Shown here piece by piece: positions 43,063 to 54,454 of a stretch of 64,000 bases of DNA (the stretch's first letter is position 1; the number at the start of each line of letters is the position of its first letter). The position numbers and the translations under genes were made by a program. The notes beneath the pieces were generated by a model. That model saw only the letters and a program-made list of their open reading frames with translations. It did no database searches and had not been told where the DNA came from. Location: NCBI GenBank assembly GCA_028749475.1, contig JAQVWN010000001.1, positions 79,945 through 143,944 on the forward strand. The letters are read 5' to 3'. Source of the stretch: Thomasclavelia sp. (GTDB lineage Bacteria; Bacillota_I; Bacilli_A; Erysipelotrichales; Coprobacillaceae).

Positions 43063-44406
43063 ATGCTAGTTAAAGATGTATTAGAAGCTACTGGTGGAAA
43101 ACTACTTAGTGGTGATATCAATGATAATATTGAAGAGTTTACGCAAGACTCAAGAAAAGTAACTAAAGAATCAATGTATATTCCTTTAAAAGGTGACCGC
43201 TTTGATGGTCATGACTTTATTGATAGTGCTTTTAAAGAAGGTGCTAAAGCTACTATCACTTCTAAAGATATTGAATATCAAGATAAAATAGTTATTAAGG
43301 TTGATGATACTCATCAAGCCTTAATAGATATGGCATCTTATATTAGAAATAATAATGATTTTAAAGTTGTCGGAGTTACTGGTAGTGTTGGTAAAACTAG
43401 TACTAGGGATTTAGTTTATAGCGTTATAAAGCAACAATATACATGTTATAAGACGGAAGGTAATTATAATAATAATATTGGTTTACCTTTAACCCTTCTA
43501 AGATACAAAGGTGAAGAAGTAGTTGTTTTAGAAATGGGAATGAATCATTTAGGTGAATTAGATGTTTTATCTAAAATAGCTAAACCTGATATTGCGGTTA
43601 TTACTAATGTAGGAACTGCTCATATTGGTGAACTTGGTTCAAGAGAAAATATTCTAAAAGCTAAACTAGAGATTACAAATGGAATGGATCATGGAACATT
43701 AATTATTAATGGAGACAATGATTTACTTTCTACTGTTTCCCTAGATAACTTAGAAGTACTAAAAGTTGGTACTAATAGTAATTGTGACTTTCATGCAGTA
43801 AATATTGTCTCTGATACTAGTGGTAGTCATTTTGATGTTGGTAATGATTACTTAAAAGAAAATTTCTATATTCCTATTATGGGTGAACATTTTATTATTA
43901 ACGCTCTCCTTGGTATTGGAGTTGGAGTTAAACTAGGAATTGATTCTAGTTTAATTGTAAAAGGAATTAAAGAATTTAGTCTTACTAAAAATAGAATGGA
44001 TATTATAAAACTATCCCATGATATAACTATCATCGATGGTTCTTATAATGCTAGTGAAGACTCAATGAAATCATCAATTGATGTTCTAGCAAAATATAAG
44101 GGCAGAAAGATTGCTGTTCTAGCTGATATGTTAGAACTTGGTGATTTTTCTAAAGAGTTACATTCTAATGTTGGAAAGTACGTAGCTAAAAAAGATATTG
44201 ATATCTTAGTTTGTATTGGTGAAGAAGCTAAATATATAGCTAAATCAGCATTAAAAGAAATGTATGATGTTTATCACTTTGATACTAATAAAGAGGCTCT
44301 TTCTTTCTTGTTAGAAGAAATAGAAGCTAAAGATACTATCTTAGTTAAAGGTAGTAACTCAATGAATTTAAAAGAAATAGTAAAATCATTAACTAAACGA
44401 TATTAG
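43063..44406 (+). CDS. murF: UDP-N-acetylmuramoyl-tripeptide--D-alanyl-D-alanine ligase
   Basis: VVGVTGSVGKTSTRD Mur ligase P-loop, VLEMGMNHLGE, DGSYNAS. 447 aa. Confidence 0.92.
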   Translation: MLVKDVLEATGGKLLSGDINDNIEEFTQDSRKVTKESMYIPLKGDRFDGHDFIDSAFKEGAKATITSKDIEYQDKIVIKVDDTHQALIDMASYIRNNNDFKVVGVTGSVGKTSTRDLVYSVIKQQYTCYKTEGNYNNNIGLPLTLLRYKGEEVVVLEMGMNHLGELDVLSKIAKPDIAVITNVGTAHIGELGSRENILKAKLEITNGMDHGTLIINGDNDLLSTVSLDNLEVLKVGTNSNCDFHAVNIVSDTSGSHFDVGNDYLKENFYIPIMGEHFIINALLGIGVGVKLGIDSSLIVKGIKEFSLTKNRMDIIKLSHDITIIDGSYNASEDSMKSSIDVLAKYKGRKIAVLADMLELGDFSKELHSNVGKYVAKKDIDILVCIGEEAKYIAKSALKEMYDVYHFDTNKEALSFLLEEIEAKDTILVKGSNSMNLKEIVKSLTKRY

Positions 44407-44418
44407 AAAGGAATAACT

Positions 44419-45036
44419 ATGGCTAAAAAAAGAAAATTAAAAATATCTGTCAAAATAACTATCATTGTTTTAGCTGTAGTTATGGTTGGAGCTTTCTATG
44501 CTTTAATTAGCAGAATGCTAAGTGAAGATCCTAGTTTAATAAATGATAGTGTGGCTAGTTATAAGACAACAATTAATACTTATGCAACTAGACAAGGGAT
44601 CGGTGAATATACGGAGCTTTTAGAAGCTATCATGATGCAAGAATCAAGTGGTCAAGGAAGTGATCCAATGCAATCATCAGAATGTGAATTCAATGAACAG
44701 TATCCTAAAAAGCATAATGCAATAACAAGCAGTGATTATTCTATTGAAGTTGGGGTTAAATACTTTGCTAAGTGTTTAAAACAAGCTAATGTAACTAATA
44801 TTAATGAACATAGTAAGTTATATTTAGCTCTTCAAGCCTATAATTATGGAGTAGGTTATATTGATTACGCTAATGATAATGGAGGCTATTCATATGAAAA
44901 TGCGGTGGCATTTTCAAATAAATGTAAACAGGAACAAAACCTATCTGTCTATGGTGATTCTAAATATGTTTATCATGTTTTAAGATATTATCCTAATCAA
45001 ACTATTGTAGAAGAATGGTTAAATACATATCACTAA
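44419..45036 (+). CDS. Membrane-anchored lysozyme-like (CwlT-N-terminal / PF13702-like) muramidase or transglycosylase
   Basis: N-terminal TM anchor. EAIMMQESSGQGSDPMQSSE catalytic-Glu motif and ALQAYNYG motif, recalled from lysozyme-like family proteins. Confidence 0.65.
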   Translation: MAKKRKLKISVKITIIVLAVVMVGAFYALISRMLSEDPSLINDSVASYKTTINTYATRQGIGEYTELLEAIMMQESSGQGSDPMQSSECEFNEQYPKKHNAITSSDYSIEVGVKYFAKCLKQANVTNINEHSKLYLALQAYNYGVGYIDYANDNGGYSYENAVAFSNKCKQEQNLSVYGDSKYVYHVLRYYPNQTIVEEWLNTYH

Positions 45037-45062
45037 GTAACTTCGGTTACTTTTTATTTTTT
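45036..45062 (+). terminator. Intrinsic terminator
   Basis: AGTAAC-ttcg-GTTACT followed by TTTTTATTTTTT. Confidence 0.75.
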
Positions 45063-45082
45063 AAGATTGTATACAAAATATC

Positions 45083-45110
45083 TTGCAAGTTAAAACTTAG
45101 ATAGTATAAT
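45083..45110 (+). promoter_or_regulatory. Sigma-A-type promoter of ddl
   Basis: TTGCAA, 16 nt spacer, TATAAT. The ORF-track ATG at 45109 lies inside the -10 element, so it is unlikely to be translated. Confidence 0.6.
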
Positions 45111-45129
45111 GGTTTCAAAGGTGGAAGAG

Positions 45130-46161
45130 ATGAGAAAATTATTAATTATTTGTGGTGGTAAATCAACTGAACATGAAGTATCAAGAATGTCTTGTACAAG
45201 TGTTTTAAATAACATTCATAAAGAACTATATGAAATTAGTTTAGTCGGTATTGATAAAGATGGATGCTGGTATAAATTAGATACTAATACACCTCTTACA
45301 AAAGATACTTGGTTAGATAAAGCATCTAAAGTAGATGATATCTATCATTACTTACAAGAATTTGATGTTATCTTACCTATTCTTCATGGTAGATATGGAG
45401 AAGATGGAACAATCCAAGGATTATTTGAAATGGCTAATGTTCCATATGTTGGATGTCAGGTCATGACATCAAGTGTATGTATGGATAAAATCTTTACTAA
45501 AAAGATCTTAACTCAAGCAGGTATTCCTCAAGTTAAGAGTATCTATGTTAAGAAAAGATTTGATAATAAATTAGTCGCTGTCTTAGATAATATGGATGAA
45601 GTAGAAGATATTAAAAAAGAAGTTGCTAAAGAACTTGGTTATCCTTGTTTTATCAAGGCTAGTCGTTCAGGATCATCAGTTGGCTGTTACCGCTGTGATG
45701 ATGAAAGTAAACTAATAGAACTTTTACAAGAAGCTAGTAAATATGATAATCATATTTTAATCGAAGAAAATATTGATTGTATTGAACTTGAAACAGCAGT
45801 CATTGGAAACGATGACATTAAGGTGAGTCGAGTCGGACAAATAATGCCCCATGGTGAGTTCTATACATATGAGTCAAAATATGAAGATGCAGAAAGTAAA
45901 ACTTGTATCCCTGCTTTAGTTGATAACGCTATTCAAGAAAAGATTCAAGAATATGCTTTAAAAGCTTTTAAAGCTGTGGATGGACATGGTTTAAGTAGAA
46001 TTGATTTCTTCTTAGATAAAAAAACAAACAATGTTTATCTAAATGAAATAAATACTTTTCCAGGCTTTACCAACATTTCTATGTATCCTCAATTAATGGC
46101 TGATATTGGACTAGAATATGGTGACTTATTAGACGAACTAATTTATTTAGCATTCAAATAA
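45130..46161 (+). CDS. ddl: D-alanine--D-alanine ligase
   Basis: ICGGKSTEHEVS, HGRYGEDGTIQGLFE, ATP-grasp region, NEINTFPGFT. AAGGTGGA RBS before ATG 45130. Confidence 0.92.
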   Translation: MRKLLIICGGKSTEHEVSRMSCTSVLNNIHKELYEISLVGIDKDGCWYKLDTNTPLTKDTWLDKASKVDDIYHYLQEFDVILPILHGRYGEDGTIQGLFEMANVPYVGCQVMTSSVCMDKIFTKKILTQAGIPQVKSIYVKKRFDNKLVAVLDNMDEVEDIKKEVAKELGYPCFIKASRSGSSVGCYRCDDESKLIELLQEASKYDNHILIEENIDCIELETAVIGNDDIKVSRVGQIMPHGEFYTYESKYEDAESKTCIPALVDNAIQEKIQEYALKAFKAVDGHGLSRIDFFLDKKTNNVYLNEINTFPGFTNISMYPQLMADIGLEYGDLLDELIYLAFK

Positions 46162-46186
46162 AATATTAGAATTTGATATTGAAAGG

Positions 46187-46215
46187 TTGACTTTAAGCTT
46201 GAAAATGGCTATCAT
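46187..46215 (+). promoter_or_regulatory. Promoter of the T-box leader / leu-ilv operon
   Basis: TTGACT, 17 nt spacer, TATCAT. Confidence 0.6.
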
Positions 46216-46224
46216 ATGTAGTAA

Positions 46225-46505
46225 TCAAGATAAATACTTTGATAGGAATTAGTAGATATTACGTAACTTGTAGAGAGGTTCTGGTAGGTGAAAAGAACTA
46301 GTTAAAAGATATTGAACTCATCCTTGAGTGGAGCGCTGAACAAAGTAGGTGGCTACGGTAGCATCCGTTATAATGCAAAAGTATGTACTTTATAAGCGTA
46401 CTTTATGAGACTGGTAAGGTGACTTATCAGTGAACTAAGGTGGAACCACGTGATTTACTCTCGTCCTTTTAATGATTATTCATTTTAAGCATGAGAGTTT
46501 TTTAT
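46225..46505 (+). promoter_or_regulatory. T-box leader (tRNA-Leu, specifier CUC) with terminator
   Basis: Stem I AGAGAG plus GGTAGGTGAAAAG distal motif. Specifier context GAA-CUC-A (CUC at 46317-46319). T-box sequence AAGGTGGAACCACG at 46437-46450. Terminator ACTCTCGT...ATGAGAGT followed by a T-run (46457-46505). Confidence 0.85.
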
Positions 46506-46531
46506 TTATCTACAAAAAGGAGGAAGAAGAA

Positions 46532-48211
46532 ATGGAAAACTATAAGAATTATAAAAGATTTGAACCAATCAAATTACCTAATCGTACTTGGCCAGACAAA
46601 GTAATAACTAAAGCACCTATTTGGGTCTCAGTAGACTTAAGAGATGGTAACCAAGCTTTAATTACCCCAATGGACATCGAAGAAAAAGTAGAGTTCTTTA
46701 AACTCTTAGTAGATATGGGATTTAAAGAAATAGAAGTGGGATTCCCTTCAGCTTCTCAAATAGAATATGATTTTTTAAGAAGACTAATTGATGATGATTT
46801 AATCCCTGAAGATGTAACTGTTCAAGTATTAACTCAAGCTCGTGAACACTTAATTAAAAGAACATTTGAAGCATTAAAAGGACTTAATAAAGCAATCGTC
46901 CATGTCTATAATTCAACATCAGTACTTCAAAGAGATGTTGTCTTCCATAAAAATAAAGAAGACATCAAACAAATCGCTATTGATGGTGTCCAATTAGTAA
47001 AAGACTTATGTAAAGAATTTGATGGAGAAGTAATCCTTGAATACTCACCTGAATCATTTACAGGAACTGAACTTCCATATGCAATGGAAGTATGTGAAGC
47101 TGTAATGGATACTTGGGGAGCTTCAAAAGATAAAAAAGTAATTATCAATCTTCCATCAACAGTCGAAATGGCAACACCAAATGTCTACGCTGATCAAATT
47201 GAATGGATGGATACTCATTTTAAAGATCGTGATCGAGTAATTCTATCATTACATACTCATAATGATCGTGGTGAAGGAGTAGCCGCTACAGAACTAGCTT
47301 TAATGGCTGGAGCTGATCGAGTGGAAGGTACTTTATTTGGTAATGGTGAAAGAACAGGGAATGTTGATATAGTCAATGTAGCCTTAAATATGTTTACACA
47401 AGGTGTTGATCCAGAATTAGACTTTACAAATATTAACGCAATTAAAGCAGCATATGAAAGATGTACAAAGATGGAAGTTCCACCTCGTCAACCATATGCT
47501 GGTAAATTAGTATTTACAGCCTTTAGTGGATCTCATCAAGATGCCATTAATAAAGGTGCACATGCAATGGAAGAAAGAGATGATGATACATGGGCAGTTC
47601 CATATCTTCCAATTAATCCGGCTGATGTTGGTCGTCAATATGAACCAATAGTTAGAATTAATTCTCAATCTGGAAAAGGTGGAGTAGCTTACGTACTTGA
47701 AAGTATGTATGGTTTCCATTTACCTAAAGAACTTCAAGGTGACCTTGCAAAAGTAATCCAAAGTATTAGTGAAACAGAAGGAGAAGTATCACCAGAAAGA
47801 GTTTATGATACTTTCATTACTCAATATGTTGATAATGAACAACCAATTAAATTCATTAAACAAAAACTTATTGATATTTCAGAAGAACCTCAATCAGAAT
47901 ATGAAAGAAGAGCTGAAATAACAATTGAAGAAAAAGGTGAATTAAAAACAATTGTAGGTTATGGTAATGGGCCAATTGAAGCTGCTAAACATGCCTTTGA
48001 TGCTAATGGATATCTTAAAACAGATTTAATTGATTATTCTGAACACGCTCTTACTAGTGGATCTAGTTCAAAAGCTGCTGCTTATGTTTATTTAAAATAT
48101 AACGGTAAAAAAGAATATGGAGTAGGTATTCATCCTAATATCTCAACAGCTACTATTAAAGCAATTGTCTCTGCTTTAAATAGATTATATAAAGACTTAG
48201 AGGAGGAATAA
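46532..48211 (+). CDS. leuA: 2-isopropylmalate synthase (long form)
   Basis: LPNRTWPDK...WVSVDLRDGNQAL, HTHNDRGEGVA and C-terminal regulatory domain. ATG 46532 follows AAAGGAGG. The ORF-track start at 46472 lies inside the T-box terminator. Confidence 0.92.
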   Translation: MENYKNYKRFEPIKLPNRTWPDKVITKAPIWVSVDLRDGNQALITPMDIEEKVEFFKLLVDMGFKEIEVGFPSASQIEYDFLRRLIDDDLIPEDVTVQVLTQAREHLIKRTFEALKGLNKAIVHVYNSTSVLQRDVVFHKNKEDIKQIAIDGVQLVKDLCKEFDGEVILEYSPESFTGTELPYAMEVCEAVMDTWGASKDKKVIINLPSTVEMATPNVYADQIEWMDTHFKDRDRVILSLHTHNDRGEGVAATELALMAGADRVEGTLFGNGERTGNVDIVNVALNMFTQGVDPELDFTNINAIKAAYERCTKMEVPPRQPYAGKLVFTAFSGSHQDAINKGAHAMEERDDDTWAVPYLPINPADVGRQYEPIVRINSQSGKGGVAYVLESMYGFHLPKELQGDLAKVIQSISETEGEVSPERVYDTFITQYVDNEQPIKFIKQKLIDISEEPQSEYERRAEITIEEKGELKTIVGYGNGPIEAAKHAFDANGYLKTDLIDYSEHALTSGSSSKAAAYVYLKYNGKKEYGVGIHPNISTATIKAIVSALNRLYKDLEEE

Positions 48212-48213
48212 GT

Positions 48214-48696
48214 ATGAATCGATTAGTATTATCATTATTAGTTGAAAACAATCCTGGAGTCTTAAGTAGAGTCGCTGGTTTGTTCTCAAGAAGAGGATAT
48301 AGTATTGAAAGTTTATCGGTTGGTAAAACAATGGAAAAAGGAATCTCAAGAATGACGGTTGTAGCCATTGGAGATGAACAAATCCTAAACCAAATTGAAA
48401 AACAACTGGGAAAACTAATTGAAGTAATAGAGATCTTCCCACTAGAACCTGAACAATCAGTATATCGGGAACTAGTATTAATTAAGGTTGAAGCTAACGA
48501 TGAACAAAGAAATGATATTGTTGCAATAGCTGACTTATTTAGAGCAAGAATTATAGATGTTGCACCAACATCATTAATTATTGAAACTACTGGTGATCAG
48601 TCAAAGACTGATGCACTAATAGAAATGTTAAGAGGTTTCAATATAGTTGAACTTGTCCGTACTGGACTTTCTGGTATGGGTCGAGGAATTGACTAG
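48214..48696 (+). CDS. ilvN: Acetolactate synthase small (regulatory) subunit
   Basis: LSLLVENNPGVLSRVAGLFSRRGYSIESLSVG ACT-domain N-terminus. 160 aa. Confidence 0.9.
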   Translation: MNRLVLSLLVENNPGVLSRVAGLFSRRGYSIESLSVGKTMEKGISRMTVVAIGDEQILNQIEKQLGKLIEVIEIFPLEPEQSVYRELVLIKVEANDEQRNDIVAIADLFRARIIDVAPTSLIIETTGDQSKTDALIEMLRGFNIVELVRTGLSGMGRGID

Positions 48697-48780
48697 TTGA
48701 TATAAATTGGTTTTGAAGTGAGCCAAAACAAAAGTCGAAAGACCCATATATGAAAATATATGAACTTCAAAAAATCATAA

Positions 48781-49821
<1,041 letters not shown>

Positions 49822-49827
49822 TATAAA

Positions 49828-49879
49828 ACAACACACATTAGTGTGTTGTAATAAGGGAATAGAGATATTCCTTTATTAC
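49828..49879 (+). other. Two adjacent (2-nt overlapping) strong RNA hairpins just after ilvC, without a T-run
   Basis: ACAACACAC-atta-GTGTGTTGT (9 bp), and GTAATAAGGGAATA-gaga-TATTCCTTTATTAC (14 bp, one G-U pair, GNRA loop). Confidence 0.7.
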
Positions 49880-49909
49880 AACCTACTAAGGTTAAAGGAG
49901 AATTCAATT

Positions 49910-51181
49910 ATGGCAATGACAATGACACAAAAGATTTTAGCTAAACATGCTGGTTTAGATGAAGTTAAACCAGGGCAATTGATTGAAGCTAAATTAGATG
50001 TAGTAATGGCTAATGATATTACTGGGCCAATGGCACTACCTATTTTCAATCAAATGGCAGATAAAGTCTTCGATAAGGATAAAGTATTACTTGTACCAGA
50101 TCACTTTACTCCTAATAAAGATATAAAATCAGCAGAGAATTCAAAAGCAATTTTAGATTTCTCAAATGAACAAGGATTAACTAATAAAATGGTACAAGGT
50201 AAATGTGGAATTGAACATGCCATCTTACCTGAAAAAGGATTAGTAGTTGCTGGAGAAGCAATTATTGGAGCTGATTCTCACACTTGTACATACGGAGCTC
50301 TTGGAGCTTTTTCAACAGGTGTTGGAACTACTGATATTGCAACTGGGATGGCAACTGGTGAACTTTGGTTTAAAGTCCCTAGCGCTATTAAATTTGAACT
50401 TACTGGTAAACCATCTAAACATGTTACTGGTAAAGATTTAATTTTACATATTATTAATTTAATTGGTGTTGATGGAGCTTTATATAAATCAATGGAATTT
50501 ACTGGGGAAGGCGTCAAACATTTATCTATGGATGATCGTTTTACTGTTTGTAATATGGCTATTGAAGCGGGAGCTAAAAATGGAATCTTCCCAGTTGATG
50601 AAAAAACTAAAAAATATTTAGATAAACACTCTAAAAAGGAATATGAAATTTTTGAAGCAGATAAAGATGCTGAGTATGAAAGAGTAGTAAATATTGATCT
50701 TGCAAAGGTAAGACCAATGGTTGCTTTCCCTCATCTTCCAGGTAATGGACATACAGTCGATGAAATAGAAGATATGGAAAAGATTTATATTGATCAAGTA
50801 GTTATTGGATCATGTACTAATGGTCGTCTTTCTGACCTTAAAAAAGCAGCTAAAATCCTAGAAGGAAAAAAAGTTGCTGATGATGTGAGAGTAATGGTTA
50901 TTCCAGCTACTCAAAAGATTTACCTTCAATGTATTGCTAAAGGATATGCTCAGATTTTTGTAGAAGCCGGATGTGCTTTTAATACTCCATCATGTGGACC
51001 ATGTATGGGAGGACATATGGGTGTTCTTGCAAAAGGAGAAAAATGTGTCTCAACTACTAACCGTAACTTCGTAGGAAGAATGGGAGATACTGAAGCTTTA
51101 GTTTATCTAGCATCACCTGAAACAGCTGCTGCTAGTGCAATCAAAGGATATATTGCAAATCCTGAAAAGGTAGGTAACTAA
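49910..51181 (+). CDS. leuC: 3-isopropylmalate dehydratase large subunit (short, type-2 form)
   Basis: [11 protein letters not shown]..., [34 protein letters not shown] aconitase-family motifs. ATG 49910 follows AAAGGAG. The ORF-track extension covers the hairpins. Confidence 0.92.
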   Translation: MAMTMTQKILAKHAGLDEVKPGQLIEAKLDVVMANDITGPMALPIFNQMADKVFDKDKVLLVPDHFTPNKDIKSAENSKAILDFSNEQGLTNKMVQGKCGIEHAILPEKGLVVAGEAIIGADSHTCTYGALGAFSTGVGTTDIATGMATGELWFKVPSAIKFELTGKPSKHVTGKDLILHIINLIGVDGALYKSMEFTGEGVKHLSMDDRFTVCNMAIEAGAKNGIFPVDEKTKKYLDKHSKKEYEIFEADKDAEYERVVNIDLAKVRPMVAFPHLPGNGHTVDEIEDMEKIYIDQVVIGSCTNGRLSDLKKAAKILEGKKVADDVRVMVIPATQKIYLQCIAKGYAQIFVEAGCAFNTPSCGPCMGGHMGVLAKGEKCVSTTNRNFVGRMGDTEALVYLASPETAAASAIKGYIANPEKVGN

Positions 51182-51182
51182 A

Positions 51183-51656
51183 ATGAAAATATATAAATAT
51201 GAAGATAATGTAAATACTGATGTAATCATACCTGCTCGTTATTTAAATTCATTTGATGCTAAAGAACTTGCATCTCATGCGATGGTTGATATTGATCCCG
51301 ATTTTGCTAAAACAGTAGAGCCAGGTGATATTATCGTCGCTGGTAAAAACTTTGGTTGCGGTTCATCAAGAGAACATGCTCCTTTATGTCTTAAGACATG
51401 TGGAGTAAAATGTATTATTGCTAAAAGTTATGCTCGTATTTTCTACCGTAACTCTATTAATATCGGTTTCCCAATTATGGAATGTGAGGAAGCTGCTGAT
51501 AAGATTGAACCAGGTGATGAAGTTGAAGTAGATTTTACTACGGGAGTAATCACAAACAAAACTAAAAACGAAACTTATCAATCACAAGCTTTTCCTGAAT
51601 TCTTACAAAAGATGATTGCTTGTGATGGATTAGTAAATTATGTTAAATCAAAATAG
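51183..51656 (+). CDS. leuD: 3-isopropylmalate dehydratase small subunit
   Basis: 157 aa. [13 protein letters not shown] and [14 protein letters not shown] swivel-domain motifs. Confidence 0.92.
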   Translation: MKIYKYEDNVNTDVIIPARYLNSFDAKELASHAMVDIDPDFAKTVEPGDIIVAGKNFGCGSSREHAPLCLKTCGVKCIIAKSYARIFYRNSINIGFPIMECEEAADKIEPGDEVEVDFTTGVITNKTKNETYQSQAFPEFLQKMIACDGLVNYVKSK

Positions 51657-51664
51657 AGGTTAAT

Positions 51665-52747
51665 ATGGAAAAAAATATTGCAGTAATAAAAGGTGATGGA
51701 ATAGGACCTGAAATAGTAACTGAAGCTATGAAAGTCTTAGACGCTATTGCTAAAAAATATAATCATAAATTTAATTATACAGAAATTCTAATGGGCGGAT
51801 GTTCTATTGATGCTTGTGGGGTTCCATTAAGTGATGAAGCTTTAGAAATCGCTAAAAAAAGTGATTCAGTTCTTCTTGGATCAATTGGAGGAGATACTAC
51901 AACATCTCCATGGTATAAACTAGAACCTAGTTTAAGACCAGAAGCTGGATTATTAAAAATTAGAAAAGAACTTGGTTTATTTGCTAATTTAAGACCAGCG
52001 TACTTATATGAAGAACTTAAAGGTGCTTGTCCTTTGAAAGAAGAATTAACTGCCGGTGGATTTGATATGATGATCATGCGTGAGTTAACTGGTGGTTTAT
52101 ACTTTGGTCAAAGATATACCGAAAATGAAAATGGACAAGAAGTAGCTCATGATTCAATGAGTTATTCTGAAGAAGAAATAAAAAGAATCGCAAAAAGAGG
52201 ATTTGATATTGCGATGAAAAGAAATAAGAAAGTTACTTTAGTAGATAAAGCCAATGTATTAGATACTTCAAGACTATGGCGTAAAGTAGTTGCTAAAGTA
52301 AGTAAAGATTATCCAGAAGTAACATTGGAAAACATGCTTGTTGATAACTGTGCAATGCAACTAGTAAGAGATCCTAAACAATTTGATGTAATTCTTACAG
52401 AAAATATGTTTGGAGATATTCTTTCTGATGAAGCTAGTATGGTTACTGGAAGTATTGGAATGCTTTCAAGTGCTTCACTTAGAGAAGATAAATTTGGAAT
52501 GTATGAACCATCTCATGGTTCAGCACCTGATATTGCTGGTACTAATAAAGCTAATCCGATAGCTACGATTTTATCAGCAGCAATGATGCTTCGTTATTCT
52601 TTTGATTTAGATAATGAAGCCAAAGATATCGAAGATGCAATTAATAAAGTTTTAAAACAAGGGTATCGTACTACTGATATCATGTCTGAAAATAAACAAC
52701 TAGTCTCAACAACTCAAATGGGAGATTTAATTGTTCAAAACTTATAG
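51665..52747 (+). CDS. leuB: 3-isopropylmalate dehydrogenase
   Basis: [51 protein letters not shown]. Confidence 0.95.
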   Translation: MEKNIAVIKGDGIGPEIVTEAMKVLDAIAKKYNHKFNYTEILMGGCSIDACGVPLSDEALEIAKKSDSVLLGSIGGDTTTSPWYKLEPSLRPEAGLLKIRKELGLFANLRPAYLYEELKGACPLKEELTAGGFDMMIMRELTGGLYFGQRYTENENGQEVAHDSMSYSEEEIKRIAKRGFDIAMKRNKKVTLVDKANVLDTSRLWRKVVAKVSKDYPEVTLENMLVDNCAMQLVRDPKQFDVILTENMFGDILSDEASMVTGSIGMLSSASLREDKFGMYEPSHGSAPDIAGTNKANPIATILSAAMMLRYSFDLDNEAKDIEDAINKVLKQGYRTTDIMSENKQLVSTTQMGDLIVQNL

Positions 52748-52758
52748 GAGGAAATAAG

Positions 52759-54432
52759 ATGAAAAGTGATAATGTAAAAAAAGGTTTGCAACAAGCACCC
52801 CATCGTTCATTATTTAATGCTTTAGGGATGACAGAAGAAGAAATGGATAAACCTCTAATTGGGATTGTTAGTTCATATAATGAAATAGTTCCAGGCCATA
52901 TGAATCTTGATAAGATTGTTGAAGCCGTTAAAATGGGCGTTGCTATGGCTGGAGGAGTTCCAAGAGAATTTCCTGCAATAGCTGTCTGTGATGGAATAGC
53001 TATGGGTCATGTTGGAATGAAATACTCATTGGTTACTAGAGACTTAATAGCTGATAGTACAGAATGTATGGCTCTTGCTCATCAATTTGATGCATTAGTA
53101 ATGGTTCCAAACTGTGATAAAAATGTTCCAGGATTATTAATGGCTGCAGCTAGAATAAATGTTCCAACTGTTTTTGTATCAGGTGGACCTATGCTAGCTG
53201 GTCATGTTCATGGTAAAAAATCAAGTTTATCATCAATGTTTGAAGCAGTAGGAAAATATAGTGCTGGAAAGATTGATGATAAAGAATTAAGTTATTATGA
53301 AAAACACGTATGTCCTACATGTGGATCATGTTCAGGAATGTATACTGCTAACTCAATGAACTGTTTAACTGAAGTTTTAGGAATGGGTCTTGAAGGTAAT
53401 GGAACTATTCCTGCAGTATATTCAGAAAGAATTAAACTTGCTAAACATGCCGGAATGCAAGTAATGGAATTATTTAAAAAAGATATTCGTCCTCGTGATA
53501 TCATTACTAAAGAATCAATGATGAATGCTTTAACAATGGATATGGCACTTGGATGTTCAACTAATAGTATGTTACATTTACCTGCTATTGCTCATGAAAT
53601 TGGATTTGATTTCAATATAAAATTCGCTAATGGAATTAGTGAAAAAACACCTAACTTATGTCATTTAGCTCCTGCTGGGCCTACATATATGGAAGACTTA
53701 TATGAAGCTGGTGGAATCTATGCGGTAATGAAAGAAGTTAGTAAACTTGGTTTATTAAACCTTGATTGTATGACAGCAACTGGTAAAACAGTTGGTGAAA
53801 ACATTAAAGATGCTGTTAACTTCAATCCAGAAGTTATTCATCCAGCTGATAATCCTTATAGTAAAACTGGAGGACTTGCTGTCCTTTCAGGAAACTTAGC
53901 ACCTGATGGTTCAGTTGTTAAAAGAAGTGCTGTCGTTCCAGAAATGATGGAACATAAAGGACCAGCTAGAGTATTCGACTCTGAAGATGATGCTATCAAA
54001 GCTATCCTTGGTGGAAAGATTAAAGAAGGCGACGTAGTCGTTATAAGATATGAAGGACCTAAAGGAGGTCCAGGAATGCGTGAAATGCTTAACCCAACAT
54101 CAGCAATTGCTGGGATGGGACTAGGAAGCAGCGTAGCCCTTATTACTGATGGACGTTTCTCAGGAGCTAGTAGAGGAGCATCTATTGGACATGTATCTCC
54201 AGAAGCTGCAGTTGGTGGACCAATTGCTTTAGTTGAAGAAGGAGATATGATTGAAATAAACATTCCTGAATACAAGATTAATCTTGATATCAGTGATGAA
54301 GAAATGGCTGCTAGAAAAGCTAAATGGCAACCAAGAGAACCAAAAGTTAATACTGGTTACTTAGCAAGATATGCTGCAATGGTTACTTCAGGTGATCGTG
54401 GAGCAATTCTAGAAATACCAAAAAAGAAATAA
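52759..54432 (+). CDS. ilvD: Dihydroxy-acid dehydratase
   Basis: [48 protein letters not shown]. Confidence 0.96.
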   Translation: MKSDNVKKGLQQAPHRSLFNALGMTEEEMDKPLIGIVSSYNEIVPGHMNLDKIVEAVKMGVAMAGGVPREFPAIAVCDGIAMGHVGMKYSLVTRDLIADSTECMALAHQFDALVMVPNCDKNVPGLLMAAARINVPTVFVSGGPMLAGHVHGKKSSLSSMFEAVGKYSAGKIDDKELSYYEKHVCPTCGSCSGMYTANSMNCLTEVLGMGLEGNGTIPAVYSERIKLAKHAGMQVMELFKKDIRPRDIITKESMMNALTMDMALGCSTNSMLHLPAIAHEIGFDFNIKFANGISEKTPNLCHLAPAGPTYMEDLYEAGGIYAVMKEVSKLGLLNLDCMTATGKTVGENIKDAVNFNPEVIHPADNPYSKTGGLAVLSGNLAPDGSVVKRSAVVPEMMEHKGPARVFDSEDDAIKAILGGKIKEGDVVVIRYEGPKGGPGMREMLNPTSAIAGMGLGSSVALITDGRFSGASRGASIGHVSPEAAVGGPIALVEEGDMIEINIPEYKINLDISDEEMAARKAKWQPREPKVNTGYLARYAAMVTSGDRGAILEIPKKK

Positions 54433-54454
54433 TAAACAAAGGAGGAAATTACAT

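Noticed and set aside
46472-46531. N-terminal extensions of leuA (46472). The same issue affects leuC (49841), the vWA protein (56150), the AKR (58009), ddl (45109) and the ABC ATPase (to 61830).
   Set aside because: Each extension overlaps a terminator, hairpin, T-box or -10 element and lacks an SD sequence. In every case an internal ATG with a strong SD sequence coincides with the conserved N-terminus of the family.
53856-54275. 139-aa antisense ORF inside ilvD. Similar antisense or out-of-frame ORFs occur inside pgk (62560-62928), leuB (51775-52077), the GH73 gene (26551-26859), the protease gene (36762-37043), leuA, leuC and the GT genes.
   Set aside because: All lie wholly within genes that carry unmistakable conserved motifs on the + strand. 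None has an SD sequence or a recognisable domain. Long stop-free stretches like these are unsurprising by chance within coding sequence.
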